Translations under genes and position numbers: made by a program
In this document: positions 1 to 11,400 of the stretch, piece by piece
Layout: each line of letters begins with the position of its first letter
Position numbering within the stretch: position 1 is the stretch's first letter
Assembly: GCF_006345805.1 (NCBI RefSeq)
Contig: NW_021834962.1
Span: forward strand, 1 to 51,430
Length of the DNA: 51,430 nt
Source: Octopus sinensis
Lineage: Eukaryota
Reading direction: 5' to 3'
The notes under the pieces: generated by a model
What the model was told of the DNA's origin: nothing
Seen by the model: only the letters and a program-made list of their open reading frames with translations
Database searches by the model: none

Positions 1-79
1 CTTGTACACAAATTGCAAACCAATGTCAATGTATACTTTTAATATAAATGTTTACTTCTAAGATCTATTATACATCTCT

Positions 80-302
80 TTTGCTATTTTACTTGTTTCA
101 GTCATTTGACTGCGTCCATGTTGGAGCACTGCCTTTAGTCGAACAAATCGACCCCAAGTACTTATTCTATCGGTCTCTTTTCCCGAACCACTAAGTTTCG
201 GGGACACCAACATTGTTTGTCAAGCGATGGTTGGGTGGACAAACACAGACAGAAAGGCACACGCATAAATATATATATGTACGCACACATACACAAACAC
301 AT

Positions 303-353
<51 letters not shown>

Positions 354-366
354 CATATATATACAT

Positions 367-413
<47 letters not shown>

Positions 414-421
414 CACACTCT

Positions 422-456
<35 letters not shown>

Positions 457-480
457 GAATATATATATTTATAATTAGAC
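80..480 (-). mobile_element. SINE family A, 3' half with internal microsatellite
   Basis: Contains TTACTTGTTTCAGTCATTTGACTGCG..ATG.TGGAGCAC..CCTTTAGTCGAACAAATCGACCC..GTACTTATTCTATCGGTCTC, shared with full copies at 2233-2659 and 41691-42101; then a (CA)/(TA) tract. Confidence 0.75.
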
Positions 481-678
481 GTTTTGGTATCCAGAAGGAA
501 CACAAGGCAGGTAAGGCTATGTAAGTGCTACGGAAAGACCGCTGTTAAGCTCCCGGTTCAATAGCATGAGTGATGAGTCTAAGGCAGGTTGTGTGTTGAG
601 TGTGTATGTGTTAAATACAGTAAGATAACAAGGCCAAGGCAATTTGATATTCCTGGGATCTTTATGAATAGAAAGGTG

Positions 679-726
679 GTCTTACAGCTATTTCAGGGAA
701 ATAAATGATATCCCATCATCAGAGAC
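679..726 (-). ncRNA. Minimal type I hammerhead ribozyme motif (family H1)
   Basis: Minus strand reads GTCT-CTGATGA-TGGGATATCATTTATTTCCCT-GAAA-TAGCTG-TA-AGAC: stem I GTCT/AGAC, stem II GGGA/TCCC, intact core, GUA site. Confidence 0.7.
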
Positions 727-1140
727 AAGTTAAAAGAGCTTCAATAGAAGCAATTAGTAGAGTTAATTGTTTTAGAAGTTTTTCTGGGGAGGGAGAAACA
801 TAGAAGAAATAAGATATAATGCAGAGAGTAAAAAGGAAAACATGAAAATAAAATTACATGTTAGATGTTAAAGTTGTTCCGCTATCGAAGAAATGCGTTG
901 TGTAGAATGCGTAAAGAGTATTTTTGTCCATGATGTGTAAAGTCTGATAAGAATTCATATGTTGTTATTTCAAATGCAGGTACTTATCCCATGTTTTCTT
1001 CATTCAAAAGGATTTTGTAGCATATTTCTTGTATACTTTCTGCACTATATCTAATTTCTGGTAAATTTCTCCCACGCCAGAATAACTTCTAAAAAAAAAA
1101 AAAACTCTACCAAGTCATTCTATTGAAGCTGTTTAAACTC

Positions 1141-1188
1141 GTCTCTGATGATGGAATAACATTTATTTCCTTGAAACAGCTGTAAGAC
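1141..1188 (+). ncRNA. Minimal type I hammerhead ribozyme motif (family H1)
   Basis: GTCT-CTGATGA-TGGAATAACATTTATTTCCTT-GAAA-CAGCTG-TA-AGAC: intact core, stem I 4 bp, stem II GGAA/TTCC, palindromic stem III ACAGCTGT, GUA cleavage triplet at 1182-1184. Confidence 0.8.
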
Positions 1189-1842
1189 AGTCTTTTTATT
1201 TATAAAGGTCCTAGGAATATCAAATTGCCTTGACCTTGTTATCTTAATTTTTTAATATATATATAAAGAGAGAGATGGGGGAGAGGGGATGGGAGGCAGG
1301 TGAGTATGCGGATAAACAAATCAGATTTATTAAATATAATATAATAGTTTGGGCATTGAAATTCAAACCAGTGCATTATATTTAATACCTCTAATTTTCT
1401 AATCTACATAATTGCCTCTGAATACGCTCAACTTGATCCCTCTTATAGCCACTGTTTACTCTCTGGAATCGATCCTCGGTAAAGACTTGGAATCTAAGTT
1501 TGAATCTTTTTGAGCTCTACAAAGTGTCTTCCATACTGAGAGTCTCTGGATCTCGTCTGTGGACTACACACACACACACGCACCACGACGAGTTCCTTTC
1601 CGTTATCCTCTACGATATCCGTTCACAATGCTTAAGCCGGACGAGGAGGATTTTTATCTGCTGTTCCAGCTAAAGATAACGATATACGCTATGTGCTGTA
1701 TGATTTGATGCATAATGAACCTCGCTCTCGAATGTTCCTCATTGTCCAAGGTTTATAAGATATTTCAACATATTTATTAGCTTGGATCTTAAATGCAGCG
1801 TTTTGTTTTCTACGAAGTCTACTTCTATTCAGATATCTGCTT

Positions 1843-2030
1843 CTAATTTTGGCCCAAAGCCTGCAATCACTTTAGAAAAGAAGTTAATTGATACCACCTA
1901 CTCCAGTTCTTAACTACTACTTATTTTATCGATCCCAGAAAAATGAAAGGCAAAGTTGTCTTCGATAGGATTTGAACTCAAAATGTAAATAACTGAAATA
2001 TATCACGCAACATTTTTGCCCAGAGAAGTT
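1843..2030 (-). mobile_element. SINE family B, degenerate
   Basis: TTTATCGATCCCAGAAAAATGAAAGGCAAAGTTG..GGATTTGAACTCA matches the B core seen in intact copies. Confidence 0.5.
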
Positions 2031-2232
2031 GTGTATTTAAAATACGTGAAGTCCTCTAAAGGGAGGAAATCATTTCTTTATCATATTTCGCGTGGTTAGA
2101 GGTTTGAATTGAATAGTAAGACAGAAAGAAAAAATGTACAGAATACACATATTTATTTATTTTCTTTAATATTTGCTTATCTGTTGTAATCATGCACAAC
2201 AATATTTCATTCCTTTTAAAAATCATCAGCAT

Positions 2233-2395
2233 GGCACAGGAGTGGCTGTGTGGTAAGTAGCTTGCTTACCAACCACATGGTTCCGGGTTCAGTCACACTG
2301 CGTGGCAACTTGGGCAACTGTCTTCTATTATAGCATCGGGCCAACCAATGCTTTGTGAATGGTTTTGGTAGACGGAAACTGAAAGAAGCCCGTCG

Positions 2396-2427
<32 letters not shown>

Positions 2428-2659
2428 TATGTGTGTGTGTGTTTTTGTGTCTGTGTGTCTGTGTTTGTCCTCCCCAACATCGTTTGACAACCGATGCTGG
2501 TGTGTTTCCGTCCCCGTAAATTGCGGTTCGGCAAAAGAGACCGATAGAATAAGTACTAGGCTTACAAAGAATAAATCCTGCGATCGATTTCCTTGACTAA
2601 AGGCGGTGCTCCAGATGCCCACAGTCAAATGACTGAAACAAGTAAAAGGGTAAAAAGAG
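2233..2659 (+). mobile_element. SINE family A, full length (tRNA-derived, CORE-like; OR/OK-type octopus SINE, exact family not assigned)
   Basis: tRNA-like head with A box TGGCTGTGTGG and B-box-like GGTTCAGTC; CORE-like CTTGGGCAA.TGTCTT; internal (TA)n(TG)n; tail GACTGAAACAAGTAAAAGGGTAAAAAGAG. Confidence 0.9.
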
Positions 2660-2817
2660 TATGGCATTTGCGTTCAAATACATGAAAGTAGCAACTCTGA
2701 GTTATTCCTCTTAAGATATTTTTGTTTAAATTATTGAAATTACTTAGACCCTATATGTGCTATAATCTGTTTTGTATAAATCTGAGCCTTGGGACGGAGA
2801 CAATATCAGACAACTGC

Positions 2818-2858
2818 CGTGCTGATGAGGGCTATTGTGCCAGAAACACGCGTCCACG
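2818..2858 (+). ncRNA. Minimal type I hammerhead ribozyme motif (family H2)
   Basis: CGTG-CTGATGA-G-GGC-TATTGT-GCC-A-GAAA-CACGC-GTC-CACG: stem I CGTG/CACG, GUC triplet at 2852-2854, palindrome ACGCGT in stem III; G-A mismatch at the base of stem II. Confidence 0.7.
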
Positions 2859-3647
2859 CCTGCCCTTTTATCTCTAAACGATAAACCTGTCCTTTTACTT
2901 AAATGTCAAACTTGGAGAATTCTTGAATCTTAAAATTATCTCCCCTTACCAAGTTGAGTTGGTTTTAATTACCATTTAGTAATTATGATACATCCTCAAG
3001 AGACAGAGATAATATTCATAAATAAAGTATGTACGTTGTATGGTATTTGATATACTTATATTTGTGTGTGTTATAAGTACTGCTTGTCTATATTGCGGAC
3101 AGTCGTAGACGTCGGTCAGAGCTGATGGATATATTTGACACAGGATGAAAGGTATCGCTAAATATTATTATGCTGTGATGTTTTGAAAAATGAGTTTAAA
3201 CAAACCATAATATAGGAGACAGATTGATGAGCTCGGTGAGTAATAGAACTTGTGTGAAACCACAAATGTTTCCTGAACTTCACTGTGTTAAACTTAAATC
3301 GTCTGTCCATCAACTGCTATACTATCACTCAAAGAAACGCTAATGTAAAAACAAAATAATAATAACAATACTAGAAGAGCTTAGCTCCAACACATTGAGG
3401 ATAATAATCTCCATCAAAATGTGACACATATTCGTTTTTTGCTTTTTTTTTACGACAATGAATGAAAATGAAAAAAATTTTAAAAAAGATATCAGGATTA
3501 ATTGTCTTGCACCTCATCAATTCACAACGAATTTATTTTCAACACAGAAAACAAATAAATAAATACATTTCTTATCAATTTGATATGAGAATTTTTCTCC
3601 TGGAATATTTGCTTTGTTTTGTGTCTGTGTGTGAGTGTGTATATTTT

Positions 3648-3772
3648 TCTCTCTCTCTCTCTGTCTCTCTCTCTCTCTCTATCTATCTGTCTATCTATCT
3701 ATCTATCTCTCTCTCCCCCTCTCTCTCTCTCTATCCCTCTCTCTCTCTTCGTGCTTTATTCTCTCTCTCTTC
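3648..3772. repeat. (CT)n/(CTAT)n compound microsatellite
   Basis: Direct inspection. Confidence 0.9.
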
Positions 3773-4023
3773 GTGCTTTATTATAGACAGCGATTTAGAT
3801 ATTGTCATTGATATATCTTTCTTATCAAACGTAAGCCGCTTAAGTACTCTGCGTGATGAAATTCGAATACATTTATTCCATTATCCTACTAATCTGTGTG
3901 AAACTTGTTGATTTTTATTTTAGTAAGCTATAATCAGAAAACGGTGTGAAAAATTATTTGTCAGATTCCTGTAACATCGTTTTTAACATGTAATGGTGTC
4001 CGAAGCTGCTTTCTCTGTTTCTT

Positions 4024-4364
4024 TATTATTGTATCATCATCATGATCACCACCATAATCACCATTATTATCATTATTATTATTATTACTATTATTATATA
4101 TTACATTATTAATATTACAATATTATTATTATCATTATTATTATTACATACTATTACTATTATTATATTATTATTATTATTATTATATTATTATCATTAT
4201 TACTATTATTATCAGTATTATTATTATCATTATTATCATTATTATATTATTATTATTATTATCATTATTACTATTATTATTATATTATATATCATATTAT
4301 TATTATTATCATTATTATTATTGCATTATTATTATTATCATTATTATTATTATTTTATTATATT

Positions 4365-4406
<42 letters not shown>
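4024..4406. repeat. Degenerate (ATT)n/(ATC)n microsatellite, ~380 bp
   Basis: Direct inspection; explains the spurious poly-I/L/Y ORF 4042-4590. Confidence 0.95.
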
Positions 4407-4829
4407 TGGCTTCCGCTTCCGAGAGACGAAGAGGCAAATATACATTTGCTTATGTTTTGTATTTTCTCTTTATCTCTCTCTTTCTCTTTCTCTCCCCTAT
4501 CCCCCCCTCTCTGTCTCTGCCTTCTCTTCGCTTTTCTATAATACAGGTATTAGAAGCTATAATTGGATCGATCATTGGCTGAACGAATAAATAGCTAAAG
4601 TTTATGTGACACTTTACCGTTCCTGTCACTCTTCTGCTGGCAGTAAGGATGTGGAGAGTCTGGTTGAAGCGGCGTGGGTGGGTGGGTGGTAATCAAACCA
4701 AAGGGAGCGAACATTCCCGAGCAGGATATTCTATCGACCATTTTTTTGTATGAACGTCTGCTTCTGAATAAATATTGCTTTCTACAGTATTTCATTGAAT
4801 AACTTCTTACGTAACAGCAACGTCAAAAG

Positions 4830-5015
4830 AATTAGAGGAGAGGTGAGGGCAAAGTCGATTACATCACATTAACTCCAGTACTTGACTACTGTTATTTGCT
4901 TTATCGATCCTTCAACATTGAAAAGCAAAATCGATAACGGTGAGATTTGAACTCAGTATATATTTAAAAAAAAAGAAAAAAACGAAATGAAGTACCGCGA
5001 GGCACTTTTCGCTCG
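4830..5015 (-). mobile_element. SINE family B, degenerate
   Basis: AAGTCGATTACATC..TTTATCGATCC..GAAAAGCAAAATCG..GATTTGAACTCAG. Confidence 0.45.
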
Positions 5016-5698
5016 TACTACTTTGTGAGATTGGACCCGACCACACGGCACTTTCACCATAATCCCGGGCCGACCAGTGACTAGTAAGTGACCGCAACCG
5101 GATAGATGAAACGAGTAAAAAGGATCAAAGGAACAGAAGAATTATTGCAGTGGGCCCAGTCTGATACATTATAAATAATGAGAATATCTGTTGTGAAGCA
5201 TTTGTTTGACAAAGTCAACAGAGCATCGGATAGACAAACTTGTGGTATTTTTTCGGGGTCACTGATTTCAAATCCTACCAAAGGCAACTTTCTTTTCATC
5301 GCTTTGGTGCTGATAAATAAAATGCTGTGATCGAATTATCTTCTTTCAATTAACAACGGAAAGAGCTCGAACCAAGAAAGGAATGTGGTCATCGCAGGCT
5401 GAAGCAATCCATTTTAGCACCACTATGTGAACATGATATATAAGAAGGAACGCGTTAATTAGTTTCAGCCACTGGACCACAGTTTTAATGAAGCAAATCG
5501 ACCTCTATGGTACTTTAAAGTCTGGCACTTATTCTAATGTTATGCTTTTGCTTAACCATTAAGCTACAAGCAATATAGGACAAACAAAAATGCATTCACA
5601 CACACACACGCACACACGCACACGAACAAAGCATACATACATACATGCATATATGTATACATACATACATACATACATACATACATACATACATACAT

Positions 5699-5746
<48 letters not shown>

Positions 5747-5747
<1 letters not shown>

Positions 5748-5882
5748 GTAGAACTTCGGTTTTAAAACAACTCTTATCACGAATAAATCGTACTTCATCC
5801 CTTGTCTTTCTCATAATCATGTAATACAGTATATATATATTATATTATATTATAAATATATATATACATATATAACTCCCTG

Positions 5883-5917
<35 letters not shown>

Positions 5918-5963
5918 CACGATTTATTCACGACCAGAGTTGTTCGAAAACCAAGGTACTACT
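5747..5963. repeat. Diverged inverted repeat (5747-5791 / 5919-5963) around a (TA)n spacer
   Basis: AGTAGAACTTCGGTTTTAAAACAACTCTTATCACGAATAAATCGT vs reverse complement of the right arm AGTAGTACCTTGGTTTTCGAACAACTCTGGTCGTGAATAAATCGT. Confidence 0.6.
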
Positions 5964-5997
5964 GCATGTATATATACAAATACACACACATATATGT

Positions 5998-6372
5998 CTT
6001 TTTTTTTTACTTGTTTCAGTCATTTTGACTGTGGCCATGCTGGTGCACCGCCTTTAATCGAGCAACTCGACCCCGGGACTTATTCTTTATAAGCCCAGTA
6101 CTTATTCTATCGGTCTCTTTTGCCGAACCGCTAAGTGACGGGGACATAAACACACCAGCTTCGGTTGTCAAGCAATGCTAGGGGGGCAAACACAGACACA
6201 CAAACATACACGCACATACATATATATAAATATATACGACGGGCTTCTTTTAGTTTCCGTCAACCAAATCCACTCACAAGGCTTTGGTCGGCCCGAGGCT
6301 ATAGTAGGTGCACGCAGTGGGACTGAACCCGGAACCATGTGGTTGTAAACAATCTACTTACCACACAGCTAC
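5998..6372 (-). mobile_element. SINE family A, near full length with small internal deletion
   Basis: Collinear with 41691-42101 but lacks the AAGACACTTGCCCAA segment. Confidence 0.9.
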
Positions 6373-6377
6373 ATATA

Positions 6378-6429
<52 letters not shown>

Positions 6430-6596
6430 ATATATACACATACGATGGGGTTCTATAGCTTTGGTGTTAACAAATCTCCTGATTCTCGTCGATCCCGAAA
6501 AAGTAAATGGTTATTGCTGCTCTTCACCCCACCCCCCTATATGCGGTAAAAATAAATGTAGAGTATGTCTGCCATGCTAATCTCATCCGTTTATCA

Positions 6597-6834
6597 TAAT
6601 GATTCTTTCGCAACCAGGGTCCATATAATCCTAAGGGGTCCATGTAAGATTTTGTTGTTAAAAAGTTAATCTGTAATTAATTGTTTATACTTTTCCAGTA
6701 CGCAAAATATAAAAAAAAATTAATTCCTAATTATATTTAATAATAACAATATAATTGGCTTTTTTAAACTCTGATACGTGAATGAAATAGGAGTCAGAAG
6801 GGTCCTTAGATAAAGAAAACGATTGAGAACCCCT
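6597..6834. mobile_element. Degenerate hAT-type MITE
   Basis: Right end GATTGAGAACCCCT and left ..CGCAACCAGGGTCC resemble CAGGGGTTCTCAACC-type TIRs; TSD not recognisable. Confidence 0.4.
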
Positions 6835-7343
6835 CATCTACCATCTACACTCTCAAGACTTTAGATATTCAGTTATTTCCCTTTATCCTTTGTTCTCGGT
6901 ACGTTCTTTCCCATATGCGCTCGCACACATTTTACACCTAGCGCCAAGAAAAGTAATTAAAGTGCGTACATGAAGTTAATTTATGTACAAAAGATTAGTA
7001 ATTAAGTATTATAATTAATGTACATTGAGGAGCACTCATACTTTCATTAAAATTTTTTTTTTCTCTTTGCAGATTAATAGTTAAAAATAAAATTCAACAT
7101 TTTTACAGTCTCTATGTTAGAAGCACAAGCATAAATGACCTTAACGCCTGTCGAACTCAGCACTTCAGGTTAGCGAACCATTTGTTAGCTTTTACATTGT
7201 TTCTATGACTCTACGACAGTGCCTCTACGAAGGCGCCACGGTTCTTCTGCTAGGTAGCTCAACCCGCTCGAAAAGCAGTAACGAAAATCTCCATCAAACC
7301 ACAATTAACGGTCATTTTTGAGAGGACATTGGATTATCCAGTC

Positions 7344-7631
7344 CAGTGGTTGTGGTTTCCTAACTTTTTGAGATACCGCCCCTTTGGTACACAGGTCACC
7401 TTCCTAGCACCTGCACCCTACCCTCACCCGACTCATAAACCACTTTCTGCTGCAAATTCAAAACAACAGTATTTCACAAATAAAACTTAACCTATTATTT
7501 TGTTGTTTTTACAACCAACTCCCTCCTTTCCATCACCCCATTATCACCCCACTTTCCTCAACGTCCATCCCGGATCTTTCCACACCCAGCCAAGGGGGCA
7601 GTACTAGTACTGCTCACTTTGGAAACCACTG
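7344..7631. mobile_element. hAT-type MITE
   Basis: TIR-like ends CAGTGGTT(GTGGTT)TCC and GGAAACCACTG; no clear TSD. Confidence 0.5.
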
Positions 7632-8265
7632 GTCTAATCTGAAAGAGACAACGCCGAAGCAAAATAATAGAATGTTCGCGGTTTGAACGGCATAAAATCA
7701 CCGGACTATTCTATCAAACCAACGAGTGAGTTCAACAATTAAAGCAACATCACAGCATCATGTCAGCCCTTTTTGAATAAACAAGTGACTGAACAGAATT
7801 TAGTTGAAATGTTTCAGCCATGATTAATTATTTTTTGGTCAGACATAATGAATATTCGAATAAATTATTCAATTAGTGCCCTTCCTTTATTTTTAAGGTA
7901 GCTACTATTTTTCTACAAGGTTTTAGCGAACCTTTATAGACTCCTTTGTTAAGTCGTTCTTGCACAAATTGCGCAACACACGTGATCATGGCTATAAAAG
8001 CTCAAACGCAGTATTAAATTAGATTTGGGATTGGCGAGATGTGGGATGCAATGCGATATCATTAGAATTAGTAGAAATAAAGTTAATTAATTAAACAGTA
8101 GGGACTGGTAATGCAGGGTATTAACTCTAAATTAATGTTGATGACGACAGAATCAGTATAGAGCACAGTACAAAAGAAAGAGTTGTGTTTCTCCTCTGAT
8201 GTATGAAATAATTACACGAGCCCGCCAATCGGAACTACGACGATGGGAATATCAAAACAGGTTGA

Positions 8266-8704
8266 TCCATTCTTTCGCACATCTCGAGTTCCACGGCGGT
8301 CAGCGATGCAAATGTTACTGGTACATCTACTGAGAGTCACGTGCTGGCAAAGGCGGCGAGCTGGCAGAAACGTTAACACGCCGGGCGAAATGCGTAGCCG
8401 TATTTCGTCTGCCGTTACGTTCTGAGTTCAAATTCCGCCGAGGTCAACTTTGCCTTTCATCCTTTTCGGGGTCGATAAATTAAGTACCAGTTACGCACTG
8501 GGGTCGATGTAATCGACTTAATCCGTTTGTCTGTCCTTGTTTGTCCCCTCTATGTTTAGCCCCTTGTGGGCAATAAAGAAACAGATAGTCACGTGCTGGA
8601 GACTGAAGCATCATCGTCGAGGGCTGCAACGAAGGGCCTAGGAAATCAAGAAGCACAGATACTAGTCACTGCTAGAGACATGAATCTTTCAAATGCTGTC
8701 GCAG
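8266..8704 (+). pseudogene. Candidate decayed Ser/Thr/Ala-rich exon interrupted by a SINE
   Basis: With the SINE and one TSD removed, a ~62-codon stop-free frame reads SILSHISSSTAVSDANVTGTSTESHVLETEASSSRAATKGLGNQEAQILVTARDMNLSNAVA and ends at a donor-like CAG/GTAATA (8704/8705). No homologue recognised. Confidence 0.3.
8348..8586 (+). mobile_element. SINE family B monomer with 13-bp TSD
   Basis: Head GGCGGCGAGCTGGCAGAAACG, B box GAGTTCAAATTCC, core GACTTTGCCTTTCATCC..GGGGTCGATAAATTAAGTACCAG (resembles Sauria/Meta-type SINE domains). TSD AGTCACGTGCTGG at 8335-8347 and 8587-8599. Confidence 0.95.
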
Positions 8705-8808
8705 GTAATAATAGGTATCTTCATTTAATTTGGCAAACTTATGACGCTCATTATTATTCTTAGCGAGCAGCGTTTGTGGCCAATAAAGATTATTATTTAG
8801 GCAAGGAA

Positions 8809-9320
8809 GACGGCGAGCTGACAGAACCGTTAGCACGCCGGACAAACTACTCAGCGGCATTTCGCCCGTCTTTATGTTCTGGGTTCAAATGGGGCCGTGG
8901 TCGACTTTATCTTTCATCCTTTGGGGTCGATAAAATATGGATCAGTCAGGTACTAGCCTACACCCCCCGCAAATTTCAGACCTTGTGCATCTATTAGAAA
9001 GTATTATTATTATCATTGTCTAGCTGGCAGAATTGTTAGAGTGTCGGATGAAATGCTTCACGGAATTTCTTACGACTTTTAATGTTTTGAGTTCAAATTC
9101 CGCCGAGATCATCTTGACCTTTTCTCTTTTGTGGATCGATCAAAAGATTCTTCTGAATAAAATTATCATTATTAAAGATATTCCACCGAGGTCGACTTTG
9201 CTTTTCGTCATTCGGAGCCGATTAAATAGATACCACTTAAGAACTGGGGTCGACATAACCGACTTACTCCATCTCCTCCAAAATTTCAGGTCTTCTTTTC
9301 CATAGTGGAAAGAATTATTT
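8809..9320 (+). mobile_element. Two older SINE-B copies (8809-9012, 9020-9320)
   Basis: Heads GGCGAGCTGACAG and CTAGCTGGCAG, B cores, tails ending in ATT repeats. Confidence 0.7.
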
Positions 9321-9540
9321 CTAATGACATCTGGTCAAAAACAATTAAAATGACGTGTGAGGTGGCCTCTACTTCACGGTTATGCCAGCTAATTAACTTG
9401 TTAATTGTTCGTGTTGTTAATGTTTTGTATGTCAGTGGCTCCAGTGGAATACTAAACATAAATATCAATTACAAAAAACAATGCAATCGTTTTTTGTTTT
9501 GTTTTTTTTGCCACCAGCACAACCACATTTCACAGTAGGA

Positions 9541-9952
9541 AGGCGCCTAGCTGGTTAGCGCGCCGGGCGAAATGCTTAGCAGTATTTCATCTGTCTTTAC
9601 GTTCTGAGTTTAAATTCCGCCGTGGTCGACTTTGCCTTTCATCCTTTCAGGATCGACAAATTCAGTACTAGTTACGCTACGCACTGGGGTCGAAGTAATC
9701 AACTTAATCCGTGTGTCTGTCCTTGTTTGTTCCTTCTGTGCTTAACCCCTGGTGGGTAGTAAAGAAAAAGGTATTTCGTCTGCCGCCACGTTCTGAGTTC
9801 AAATTCCACCGAGGTTGACTTTGCCTTTTATCCTTTCGGGGTCGATAAATTAAGTACAAGTCGAATACTTGGGGTCGATGTAATTGACTGTCCCCCTCCC
9901 CACAAAGCCTAGGCCGCAGTATAATGACTGAAACAAGTAAAGGATAAAAGAT
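9541..9952 (+). mobile_element. SINE-B dimer ending in a family-A-type tail
   Basis: Two B cores joined at AAAGAAAAAG/GTATTTCG (9770/9771); ends GACTGAAACAAGTAAAGGATAAAAGA, the family A tail. Confidence 0.85.
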
Positions 9953-9958
9953 ATATAC

Positions 9959-9996
<38 letters not shown>

Positions 9997-9999
9997 GTG

Positions 10000-10190
10000 T
10001 GTGTGTGTGTGTTTGGATCTTTTGTTCCCCACCACCGTTTGATAACCGGTGTCGTTGGTTTTACGGCAAGGGAGAAGCAATAGAATGAGTACCAGGCGAG
10101 CTCAGAAACGTTCGACTACAAATATTTTACAATGCCGTGCCCCAGCATGGGCACAGTCTAAAAATAAAACAAGTAAAAAAAACAAACAAA
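10000..10190 (+). mobile_element. SINE family A, degenerate 3' half
   Basis: TTTGATAACCGGTG..AATAGAATGAGTACCAGG..CCCAGCATGG..ACAGTC..AAACAAGTAAAA. Confidence 0.5.
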
Positions 10191-11003
10191 AGTTTTAAAT
10201 ATATTTTGACACAATTCACCAGTTCTCTCTCTATGTGAAGTAAAACATGTTTTAACAATCACATTAATACAAATACATTTTACTGTTTGATTGCTGGAAA
10301 CGCTTAGAGTGAAATTCTATCCGCTTCAAAACGTTTAATAACAATTAGCAGCAAAACAAATTGATTATATCTTTGTGCTGAATGCAAACTCGTATGCAAA
10401 CAGATTCATTCGCATACGCATATACACATAGACGCATGCGTAGGTATATATTCTTAAATAAATGTATATACATGTGTGTATGCTTATATATTTGAGTGTG
10501 TGCGCGCGGAATGGAAGGGGGTGTATCCGTACATGTCGTATGTATGTATGTATATATGTGCGTATGTATCTATGTAAAAATGTGTTTGTCGACATGTATA
10601 ATGTATGTGTGTGTATGTGGTGCTAACATATATATATATTATATATTATGTATGTGATGGGGGAAAGTGTGGGTGGTATGTGTGTGTTTATATATATATA
10701 TCTAATATATCTATATATATAATACACACACCATTATATGTGTGTGTGTAAAGATATATATATATTATCAATATGTACGAAGAAAATCATAACTTTATTT
10801 TTAGAACATACCTTAAAAACCCAACAATTGTTTGAACTGCATTCACACACACACACACACACCCACACACATATATATATATATAGATATATATACTATA
10901 TATAGATATATTATATATATATTATATATATATTATAGATATATATATATATATATATATATATAATGTATACTATATATATGTATATATATAACATTAT
11001 TAA

Positions 11004-11400
11004 AATATTTTTACTCTAGGCACAAGGCCCGAAATTTTGGGGTGGGAGGCCAGCTGATTAGATCGACCCAATACGTAACAGGTACTTAATTTATAGACCC
11101 CGAAAGAATGAAAGACAAAGTCGACCTCGGCGGAATTTGAACTCAGAACGTAAAGACACGAAATACTTATTTCTTTATTGCCCACAAAGGGCTAAACACA
11201 GAGGGGAAAAACAAGGACAGACTAACGGATTAAGTCGATTACATCGACCCAATGCGTGACTGGTACTTAATTTATCGACCCCGAAAAAGATGAAAGGCAA
11301 AGTTGACCTCGGCGGAATTTAAACTCAGAACATAAAGACAGACGAAATACTGCTAAGCATTTCGCCCAGCATGCTAACGTTTCTGCCTGCTCACCGCCTT
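11004..11400 (-). mobile_element. SINE-B dimer
   Basis: Two B cores; junction at 11166/11167 (minus strand GAAATAA/GTATTTCG); head at 11400. Confidence 0.9.

Larger units (their letters stand above)
621..1246. mobile_element. Inverted pair of Penelope-like pseudo-LTR remnants (arms ~621-830 and ~1035-1246)
   Basis: The reverse complement of the left arm aligns to the right arm, e.g. TTCTATTGAAGCT..TT.AACT.GTCTCTGATGATGG..GGAATATCAAATTGCCTTG.CCTTGTTATCTTA. Each arm carries a hammerhead motif. The PLE assignment is inferred from the known PLE pLTR-hammerhead association. Confidence 0.7.

Noticed and set aside
1636-1755. Frame AGRGGFLSAVPAKDNDIRYVLYDLMHNEPRSRMFLIVQG, faintly like ADF/cofilin RY.LYD
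   Set aside because: Short, weak splice sites, only a few matching residues; cannot be supported without a search.
3200-3245. Strong donor-like CG/GTGAGT at about 3236
   Set aside because: No convincing acceptor or reading frame; such motifs occur by chance.
7975-8030. CACGTG plus TATAAAAG resembling a promoter
   Set aside because: Short motifs are common in AT-rich DNA, and no supported gene lies downstream.
8348-8440. tRNA-like A/B boxes in SINE heads as tRNA genes
   Set aside because: They are followed by SINE bodies and tails, with no complete cloverleaf.
11004-11400. Repeated ~190-bp units as a CRISPR-like or satellite array
   Set aside because: The units are SINE-B concatemers with no unique spacers, in eukaryotic context with no cas genes.
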